Counted from the stretch's first letter, positions 8,439-13,565 are shown. The stretch is 14,749 nt of DNA from a virus (IMGVR_UViG_3300042879_003909:143772-158520), one strand, 5' to 3'. Program-made: numbers and translations. The notes: generated by a model from the sequence alone, not told the origin.

Positions 8439-8511
8439 TCCTCTCGTCCGGCACTGCCCCGGATTCCCCAATTTAAAAGATTGGTGATAATCTAGTTACA
8501 TCTCCGAGAGG
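8439..8511 (-). tRNA. tRNA-Lys(TTT), atypical D/T loops
   Basis: CCTCTCG/CGAGAGG; CCAAT-CTTTTAA-ATTGG; T-arm TCCGG-GGCAGTG-CCGGA. Confidence 0.8.
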
Positions 8512-8520
8512 TTATTTAAA

Positions 8521-8591
8521 TTATCCCGCCTAGATTCGAACTAGGGCCGTCATAGTCAAAGTATGAAGTGCTACCTTTACACTACGGGATA
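8521..8591 (-). tRNA. tRNA-Gln(TTG)
   Basis: TATCCCG/CGGGATA; TCATA-CTTTGAC-TATGA; TTCGAAT T-loop. Confidence 0.92.
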
Positions 8592-8592
8592 A

Positions 8593-8664
8593 TAGTCCCG
8601 CAGAGACTTCAACTCTGACAGGCATGGTAAGAGCATGCTATGCTAGCCGTTACATTACGGAACG
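8593..8664 (-). tRNA. tRNA-Lys(CTT)
   Basis: GCATG-CTCTTAC-CATGC; T-arm CAGAG-TTGAAGT-CTCTG; C1/U72 mismatch. Confidence 0.8.
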
Positions 8665-8666
8665 AA

Positions 8667-8873
8667 TTAATCACCATCATTAGTTGCCGGATAAAATACC
8701 ATATTTCTATTTTTACATACTGGGCATTTTTCTACAGATTTTTGTAAATATGGCGTAGAACCTTGAATATCGCTCATTTCATATTCTTCGGCCCTAGCTT
8801 CTGTTCCACAAATATGACATGTACCATACCATACTCTCTGGGGTAGTCTTTTACCCTTTTTGATGATTTCCAT
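8667..8873 (-). CDS. small zinc-ribbon protein
   Basis: CHIC...CPVC; ATG at 8873 (MEIIKKG) preferred over the TTG at 8888. Confidence 0.7.
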   Translation of the reverse strand: MEIIKKGKRLPQRVWYGTCHICGTEARAEEYEMSDIQGSTPYLQKSVEKCPVCKNRNMVFYPATNDGD

Positions 8874-8876
8874 CTC

Positions 8877-8904
8877 ATTATATCTCAATAAAAAAGAAAG
8901 TCAA
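8877..8904 (-). promoter_or_regulatory. sigma70-like promoter
   Basis: TTGACT-N16-TATAAT; the -10 is only 3 nt from the ATG at 8873, so its target is uncertain. Confidence 0.5.
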
Positions 8905-8907
8905 GCT

Positions 8908-9420
8908 CTATTTTATTTTTCTTCTTTTAATATTATGAGCTTTTTGAGCACATATTTTATTACAATATTTTTTATCTACCCTAACAGAGCACTCGAAATC
9001 GTTGTGACAAATTTCGCATTGTTTTAGATGTGTTTTAATTTCTACATTTTTAACATTAGAATCTTCTTCAAAATGAAGTTCTCTATGACAATTAGAACAT
9101 AATAAATCACATTTATCAAGTTCAATTTTTGTTTTTTCCCAAGACCTAGTTAGTCCTTTTTTACTTAATCCAAACTCTTTATCAGAAGACTCCCTATGAT
9201 GAAAATCTAATGCGGCAGAACATTTATCATAGCCACATTTTTGACACTTTCCGCCTTTATATTCTAAGGCTAATTGTTTTAATTTTAATCTTCTTCGATG
9301 AACAGCGTTGGTGCGACATTTTTTACATTTTCTTCTTTCTTTAGGAGTTCCAAAATTTTCTAAAGCAAATTCTGTTTCCCCATGTTGCTTACAAGTCCAT
9401 ATTATTGTTTTTTCTGGCAT
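8908..9420 (-). CDS. free-standing HNH endonuclease with Cys-rich modules
   Basis: GGKCQKCGY.KC..ALDFHH...KEF...ELDKC.LLCSNCHRELH; AGGAG RBS before ATG 9420. Confidence 0.9.
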   Translation of the reverse strand: MPEKTIIWTCKQHGETEFALENFGTPKERRKCKKCRTNAVHRRRLKLKQLALEYKGGKCQKCGYDKCSAALDFHHRESSDKEFGLSKKGLTRSWEKTKIELDKCDLLCSNCHRELHFEEDSNVKNVEIKTHLKQCEICHNDFECSVRVDKKYCNKICAQKAHNIKRRKIK

Positions 9421-9427
9421 ATATAAT

Positions 9428-9462
9428 CTCCTATACCTATATATACACAAAATGTATAGGTA
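9428..9462 (-). promoter_or_regulatory. RBS-sequestering hairpin with a candidate promoter motif in its loop
   Basis: CCTATAC (9454-9460) pairs with GTATAGG (9430-9436), which overlaps AGGAG; loop contains TTTTGTGTATAT. Confidence 0.5.
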
Positions 9463-9486
9463 GTAAGATTATTTTTATTTTACTAG

Positions 9487-9576
9487 CTCCGAAGTCAGGA
9501 TTCGAACCTGAATACCGTTCGAGACGGGTTACACAAAATTAACAGTTTTGCCGCTTTCCAATTAGCGTACCTCGGA
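9487..9576 (-). tRNA. tRNA-Asn(GTT) with long variable arm
   Basis: CAAAA-CTGTTAA-TTTTG; variable arm CCGT-CTCGA-ACGG; TCAGG-TTCGAAT-CCTGA; G73. Confidence 0.88.
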
Positions 9577-9607
9577 ATGTTTGGCTAACGTTGATCAGCC
9601 GATACAA

Positions 9608-9676
9608 TGCCTACAATTGGAATCGAACCAATCAATCCAGACTTATGAAATCTAGTTCTGCTCCAACAGCATAGGC
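9608..9676 (-). tRNA. tRNA(CAT) Met or Ile2, short and atypical
   Basis: TAGAT-TTCATAA-GTCTG; ATTGG-TTCGATT-CCAAT; reduced D-arm; 69 nt. Confidence 0.7.
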
Positions 9677-9681
9677 GTAAG

Positions 9682-9753
9682 TTGTGGATCATGGTATTGC
9701 ACCACACTCATTCGCGGCTTATGAGGCCGGAAGGATCACTTGATCTATCCACA
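9682..9753 (-). tRNA. tRNA(CAT) Met or Ile2, atypical
   Basis: TGTGGAT/ATCCACA; CGGC-CTCATAA-GCCG; T-loop TGCAATA. Confidence 0.65.
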
Positions 9754-9758
9754 ATAAA

Positions 9759-9829
9759 AGCCCCCAGCAAGAATCGGACTTGCTTTTCTAAATTACCAAT
9801 TTAGTGTTCTACCATTGAACTATAGGGGC
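9759..9829 (-). tRNA. tRNA-Thr(GGT)
   Basis: CTAAA-TTGGTAA-TTTAG; GCAAG-TCCGATT-CTTGC. Confidence 0.9.
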
Positions 9830-9832
9830 AAG

Positions 9833-9903
9833 CATGGGCGGACAGAGTCGAACTGTCGCTTACGATTTTGGAGATCGTTGTGCTACCGTAACACTTCGCC
9901 CAT
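9833..9903 (-). tRNA. tRNA-Trp(CCA)
   Basis: ACGAT-CTCCAAA-ATCGT; GACAG-TTCGACT-CTGTC. Confidence 0.93.
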
Positions 9904-9905
9904 GT

Positions 9906-9933
9906 ATTGTATCATTCTTTTACTCATTGTCAA
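9906..9933 (-). promoter_or_regulatory. sigma70-like promoter
   Basis: TTGACA-N16-TACAAT with TGn; the -10 is very close to the tRNA-Trp 5' end. Confidence 0.5.
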
Positions 9934-9934
9934 G

Positions 9935-10006
9935 TGCGTCTGCCCGGAATCGAACCGAGAACTTAAAGTTGGAAGCTTTTTATTTTACCGTTGAAACTAC
10001 AGACGC
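9935..10006 (-). tRNA. tRNA-Gly(TCC)
   Basis: GCGTCTG/CAGACGC; loop CTTCCAA; CTCGG-TTCGATT-CCGGG. Confidence 0.92.
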
Positions 10007-10010
10007 TTAG

Positions 10011-10162
10011 GTTTGTCTTTGTAACTTGCTCTAGCCAGCTTCGCTAGGCCGGATTGATGCCGTTTTCACTGTCGAATATTATATTCCATAGGGGCTCTCT
10101 TTTCACTGCCCGAAAGATATATTATTCATTTAAGTCACTTTTATTTATCCAGAAAGACAAAC
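10011..10162 (-). ncRNA. candidate structured ncRNA of unknown family
   Basis: 10-bp terminal stem GTTTGTCTTT/AAAGACAAAC plus GTGACTT/AAGTTAC, internal hairpins; fills the spacer between tRNA-Val and tRNA-Gly. Confidence 0.5.
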
Positions 10163-10165
10163 AAA

Positions 10166-10237
10166 TGGGCAATAATGGAATCGAACCATTTTCCTCTAAT
10201 TGTAAGTTAGAAATTTTAGCCATTAAACTAATCGCCC
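10166..10237 (-). tRNA. tRNA-Val(TAC)
   Basis: TCTAA-CTTACAA-TTAGA; AATGG-TTCGATT-CCATT. Confidence 0.92.
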
Positions 10238-10268
10238 TATATAAGTCGCCACTAGGAATGGACGACAA

Positions 10269-10340
10269 TGGATCGCTAGAGAATCGAACTCTACCAGATT
10301 GCTTGCAAAGCAGTCTCGCCCCCTTGGAACATGGCAACCC
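10269..10340 (-). tRNA. tRNA-Ala(TGC)
   Basis: GGGTTGC/GCGATCC with G3.U70; loop TTTGCAA; TAGAG-TTCGATT-CTCTA. Confidence 0.9.
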
Positions 10341-10509
10341 TTATTTTGCAGTCTCTCCCGCTGTGTTCCGTTCGGCATCACCCGTTGACCCTCTCTTACA
10401 ACCCCCATTCGGGAATAATAGTCCTTGAGGCACTTCATAACAACTTCACGGTCTTTTGCTTAAACTGAATATTTTCAGCATTTACCGATAGCATGTTTCG
10501 CATAAGCAG

Positions 10510-10582
10510 TGACGCGCACCGAAATCGAATCGGTGTAATATGGATTGAAAGTCCATACTGGGAAACCAACACCCTGCGCGCC
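10510..10582 (-). tRNA. tRNA-Glu(TTC)
   Basis: ATGGA-CTTTCAA-TCCAT; ACCGA-TTCGATT-TCGGT. Confidence 0.9.
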
Positions 10583-10590
10583 ATATTTTT

Positions 10591-10618
10591 ATTGTAACAG
10601 ATGATTTTAAGTTGTCAA
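10591..10618 (-). promoter_or_regulatory. sigma70-like promoter for the Glu-onward tRNA block
   Basis: TTGACA-N16-TACAAT with TGn; predicted start just upstream of tRNA-Glu. Confidence 0.75.
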
Positions 10619-10619
10619 G

Positions 10620-10639
10620 CGGAAGGTACACGATTCGAA
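10620..10639 (-). pseudogene. tRNA 3' remnant (Ser-like end)
   Basis: TTCGAAT-CGTGT-ACCTTCC-G, abutting the upstream region of the + strand endonuclease gene. Confidence 0.65.
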
Positions 10640-10685
10640 ATTAATATTTTTGTGTATATTATATTATACCAACAGGAGATATAAT

Positions 10686-11294
10686 ATGATATTTAAATGT
10701 ACTTTATGCAATAAAGATTTTGAAAGAAGCAAAAGAAATGCTTATATGAGCATTAAAAAAAATTGCAAGCCGTTTTGTTCAAAAACATGTTTTAACTCTT
10801 TTCAAACAACAAAACAACAAGTTTTGTGTAAAAATTGCAACAAAGCTTTTTATAAATTATTAAATCAAATCAAACAATCAAAAAATCATTTTTGTTCTAG
10901 GTCTTGTTCTGTTACTTATAATAATAAAAATAAGACAAAAGGAAACAGACGATCTAAACTAGAACAATATATTGAATTAAAACTTTCTGAAATATATCCA
11001 AATCTTCAAATATTATACAATAATAAAGAAGCTATAAAATCTGAATTAGATATCTATATACCATCTTTAAAATTAGCTTTTGAATTAAATGGAATTTTTC
11101 ATTATGAACCAATTTTTGGTGAAGATAAATTATCTAACATTCAAAATAACGATAATCGCAAATTTCAAGCTTGTTTAGAACAAAATATAGAACTTTGTAT
11201 TATCGACACTTCTTCACAAAAATATTTTAAAGAATCTTCTTCGGAAAAATTTTTAAAAATTATATGTGAAATTATCAACAAAAAAAATAATTAA
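10686..11294 (+). CDS. putative homing endonuclease: Cys-rich (CxxC/FCSxxC) modules plus a DUF559/Vsr-like PD-(D/E)xK domain
   Basis: ELDIYIPSLKLAFELNGIFHY motif; two CxxC...FCSxxC units; AGGAG RBS before ATG 10686; only convincing + strand gene in the window. Confidence 0.8.
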   Translation: MIFKCTLCNKDFERSKRNAYMSIKKNCKPFCSKTCFNSFQTTKQQVLCKNCNKAFYKLLNQIKQSKNHFCSRSCSVTYNNKNKTKGNRRSKLEQYIELKLSEIYPNLQILYNNKEAIKSELDIYIPSLKLAFELNGIFHYEPIFGEDKLSNIQNNDNRKFQACLEQNIELCIIDTSSQKYFKESSSEKFLKIICEIINKKNN

Positions 11295-11295
11295 G

Positions 11296-11377
11296 CGGAG
11301 AGTTGAGATACCGCCCCCCATGCTTTCGCACCAACAGTTTTCAAGACTGTGTCCACAACTTTGTGAATTAACTCTCC
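11296..11377 (-). tRNA. tRNA-Ser(TGA), probable 8/4 fold
   Basis: GGAGAGTT/AACTCTCC; 6-bp D-stem with 4-nt loop; ACAGT-CTTGAAA-ACTGT; variable arm TGC-GAAA-GCA; T-loop GGCGGTA; G73. Confidence 0.8.
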
Positions 11378-11438
11378 ATTTGCTACGGACGCCCGAAGAC
11401 GCCCGTGTTACTCACTGTACACTTGGTACATGAGCTAG

Positions 11439-11527
11439 CGGAGAATAATGGAATCAAACCATTACCGGGTTTTAAACCGGACGAATTTAGCAAATTCGCG
11501 TAGCAAATCAGTATCTACCTATTCTCC
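11439..11527 (-). tRNA. tRNA-Ser(GCT)
   Basis: CGAAT-TTGCTAA-ATTCG; long variable arm; G73; acceptor can extend to 8 bp (GGAGAATA/TATTCTCC). Confidence 0.88.
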
Positions 11528-11531
11528 AAAG

Positions 11532-11604
11532 CGACTCATAGGGTAATCGAAACCCTGCTTCAAGATCGACAATCTTGCGTCCTGCCCGTCTGGACCAATG
11601 AGCC
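11532..11604 (-). tRNA. tRNA-Asp(GTC)
   Basis: CAAGA-TTGTCGA-TCTTG; AGGGT-TTCGATT-ACCCT; G73. Confidence 0.92.
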
Positions 11605-11609
11605 AAATA

Positions 11610-11677
11610 AGAGGAAGAAGGGAGTCGAACCCTTTTAGCTTGTTTTGCAGACAAGCGCCCCACCTTGGGACAACCTC
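11610..11677 (-). tRNA. tRNA-Cys(GCA)
   Basis: CTTGT-CTGCAAA-ACAAG; AAGGG-TTCGACT-CCCTT; U73; short D-arm. Confidence 0.85.
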
Positions 11678-11680
11678 AAG

Positions 11681-11756
11681 CACCCCACACAGGAATCGAA
11701 CCCATTCTTACTAGTCCGTAGCTAGTCGTGCGAAAATTCCACTACACCAGTGAGGC
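11681..11756 (-). tRNA. tRNA-Arg(ACG)
   Basis: ACTAG-CTACGGA-CTAGT; TTCGATT T-loop. Confidence 0.9.
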
Positions 11757-11909
11757 ATATTCTTTTATTAACTCGGCCAATCTCTCGGCCTCTTCTTTTG
11801 TTAAAAGTATTCTAACCTGCTCTTCATTATTTGTCAACTGTAAAAGTATTCCATACGAATTTTTATTTACACCAACAAAATGACCAGATTCTAATTTTTT
11901 GCTAAACAT
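11742..11909 (-). CDS. 55-aa hypothetical protein
   Basis: Hand translation MFSKKLESGHFVGVNKNSYGILLQLTNNEEQVRILLTKEEAERLAELIKEYASLV*; AGGA RBS; 3' end overlaps tRNA-Arg(ACG). Confidence 0.65.
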   Translation of the reverse strand: MFSKKLESGHFVGVNKNSYGILLQLTNNEEQVRILLTKEEAERLAELIKEYASLV

Positions 11910-11930
11910 TTTATAATCCTATATAAACAG

Positions 11931-12004
11931 TAGTCCCAGTCGGAGTCGAACCGACAAACACTTCGTCCTAAGCGAAGCCGCTTTTCCAGTTTGCGTACAG
12001 GACT
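11931..12004 (-). tRNA. tRNA-Leu(TAG) with short variable loop
   Basis: CTTCG-CTTAGGA-CGAAG; 5-nt variable loop; GTCGG-TTCGACT-CCGAC; A73. Confidence 0.9.
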
Positions 12005-12111
12005 ATTTTTGGCCATGCTTAATGATTTTTGCTGATGGTCATTATACCTTGCTGACGCATTAATACAAGTCGAACAAAATATTTTTTCGCAGCTTTTTGT
12101 CCCAAGCCAAG

Positions 12112-12183
12112 CCGGTATTAATGGTATCGCACCACTCTCTTATGCTCTTCAGGCATACGCTAATCTATCTCAGCTAAATACCG
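12112..12183 (-). tRNA. tRNA-Phe(GAA)
   Basis: TATGC-CTGAAGA-GCATA; T-arm AGTGG-TGCGATA-CCATT. Confidence 0.82.
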
Positions 12184-12189
12184 ATAAAG

Positions 12190-12263
12190 GTGGAATGGAA
12201 AGAATTGAACTTTCGTAAGTTTTGTTCACAGCAAAACCCCCAAACCAACATGGGACAGTCCAC
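12190..12263 (-). tRNA. tRNA-His(GTG)
   Basis: G-1/C73 pair; TTTTG-CTGTGAA-CAAAA; GAAAG-TTCAATT-CTTTC. Confidence 0.88.
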
Positions 12264-12269
12264 ATAAAA

Positions 12270-12342
12270 TCTCACACGGCAGAATCGAACTGCATCCTCG
12301 ATACCCCAAATATCGCGTACAAACCATTATACGTCATGCGAG
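12270..12342 (-). tRNA. tRNA-Pro(TGG)
   Basis: CGATA-TTTGGGG-TATCG; GCAG-TTCGATT-CTGC. Confidence 0.9.
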
Positions 12343-12379
12343 TTAAAAAATACACAACCAAATTGTAAAAGATCGAAAG

Positions 12380-12452
12380 TAGTGCGTGACAGAGTTGAAC
12401 TGCCGTCTCTTGTGTATCAGACAAGGATACTAAACCGTTGTACTAACGCACT
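12380..12452 (-). tRNA. tRNA-Ile(GAT)
   Basis: CTTGT-CTGATAC-ACAAG; GGCAG-TTCAACT-CTGTC. Confidence 0.92.
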
Positions 12453-12464
12453 GTTGGTATTCAT

Positions 12465-12492
12465 AGTATACACCAAAAAAGACTTTTGTCAA
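12465..12492 (-). promoter_or_regulatory. sigma70-like promoter at the head of the tRNA array
   Basis: TTGACA-N16-TATACT. Confidence 0.75.
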
Positions 12493-12501
12493 TGATATTT
12501 T

Positions 12502-12732
12502 TCAATTTTCTTCTGGGCCCGAACAAAATCCAAGCACAGTTCCGCCCTCGCCATCAAAAATAAGCCCGGCATAATCTGCTTCCGGATTGCTTTTTTGTAT
12601 ATCTTTATAACAAAAAGCCTCTAACTGATACCAAAAATCCTCGGCATCTTTTTCTTTTAGCCCAAGCTTCAGCATTTTTGCAAGCACGAAACCTTTTGGT
12701 GTTATTTTATATACTACATTTTCTTCGTCCAT
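12502..12732 (-). CDS. hypothetical protein (76 aa)
   Basis: Co-oriented ORF packed tightly against its neighbour; no recognisable motif. Confidence 0.7.
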   Translation of the reverse strand: MDEENVVYKITPKGFVLAKMLKLGLKEKDAEDFWYQLEAFCYKDIQKSNPEADYAGLIFDGEGGTVLGFCSGPEEN

Positions 12733-12734
12733 TT

Positions 12735-12953
12735 TTATTCCTTGCTTAAAATAAAGTATTTAATATAATCGGCCGGGTCATACTGGTCATATCCGAAACA
12801 TTTGACTTGTATCTCTTCAAATATAACAGATACTTTTGAAATGTCAACATCTTCGCCCCATTTTTCTTGGGCAAAAATAATTAAATCATTTATGTTTTGC
12901 ACTAAATATTCTTCGATATGAATTTTGTTATCGGTATCTTTTGGTAGTCGCAT
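12735..12953 (-). CDS. hypothetical protein (72 aa)
   Basis: Co-oriented ORF, 2-3 bp from both neighbours; no recognisable motif. Confidence 0.7.
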   Translation of the reverse strand: MRLPKDTDNKIHIEEYLVQNINDLIIFAQEKWGEDVDISKVSVIFEEIQVKCFGYDQYDPADYIKYFILSKE

Positions 12954-12956
12954 AGT

Positions 12957-13136
12957 CTATCTCTGTTTTTTCAAATCATTGAAATAAATATATCTGAGAA
13001 TTCTGTAAAAAATAGTACCCGATGCATTACCGCAAACACCAACCCAAGTCTTGTCTATAGCTTTAATACCTATTTTTTTTCTAATTGCTGACTCAATTGT
13101 TGCACGAGTATTTAATTTATATATAACTGATTTCAT
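12957..13136 (-). CDS. 59-aa micro-ORF (MKSVIYKL...)
   Basis: Hand translation; overlaps the upstream ORF; N-terminus resembles MKSLIYQV of the repeat family. Confidence 0.6.
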   Translation of the reverse strand: MKSVIYKLNTRATIESAIRKKIGIKAIDKTWVGVCGNASGTIFYRILRYIYFNDLKKQR

Positions 13137-13293
13137 TTTCTTTTATCCAACTTTGTATTTGCGATTTAACCCAACCAATCTGGCTCATGGTTTTATCAAT
13201 TCGTATATCAACATCGCCATTAATATTATCCCAAGTTGCTTCGCAAGCCTGTTTGTCAACTTCATTTCTGATTTCGTATATTACTGATGTCAT
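13117..13293 (-). CDS. 58-aa micro-ORF, probable divergent QVxx-family member
   Basis: MTSVIYEIRNEVDKQACEATWDNINGDVDIRIDKTMSQIGWVKSQIQSWIKENEISYI*. Confidence 0.6.
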   Translation of the reverse strand: MTSVIYEIRNEVDKQACEATWDNINGDVDIRIDKTMSQIGWVKSQIQSWIKENEISYI

Positions 13294-13438
13294 CTTTTAT
13301 GTAGTCTTTAAATCTATAAAATAGTAAAGATGGGAAACTTATTTTTTTTATAAAAAGGCTCCAGATAGGATATGATATGTGGCGATGAACGTCAATACCC
13401 TGTACGACCTCTCTTTGGAGCTTTTCTCTAAGTTTCAT
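13262..13438 (-). CDS. 58-aa micro-ORF
   Basis: Hand translation [32 protein letters not shown]...; overlaps both neighbours. Confidence 0.5.
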   Translation of the reverse strand: MKLREKLQREVVQGIDVHRHISYPIWSLFIKKISFPSLLFYRFKDYIKDDISNIRNQK

Positions 13439-13565
13439 TGTTCTTAGTCTTTAAAAAATCGTGAATAGCAATAAATGGCAATCTAAACATTATACGGCCA
13501 TCATAGTCGATAGTCATCCCAAATTCCCAAACAATTTTTTCTAATTTAAAATTAACAGTTTTCAT
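13428..13565 (-). CDS. 45-aa micro-ORF
   Basis: [45 protein letters not shown]; ATGA overlap with 13562-13744. Confidence 0.55.
   Translation of the reverse strand: MKTVNFKLEKIVWEFGMTIDYDGRIMFRLPFIAIHDFLKTKNNET

Noticed and set aside
10054-10438. ORFs 10054-10428, 10122-10337 and 10223-10438
   Set aside because: They run through tRNA-Val and/or tRNA-Ala; most likely chance frames in structured RNA
10341-10509. Group I intron, SRP RNA or glycine riboswitch
   Set aside because: Only isolated look-alike words (AATGCTGAAA, GGGAGAGAC); the required partner elements and their order are missing
11296-11377. tRNA-Sec or stop-codon suppressor, implying a recoded genome
   Set aside because: The anticodon is TGA (Ser), not TCA. 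No CTA, TTA or TCA anticodon was found, and TAA, TAG and TGA all end intact genes here
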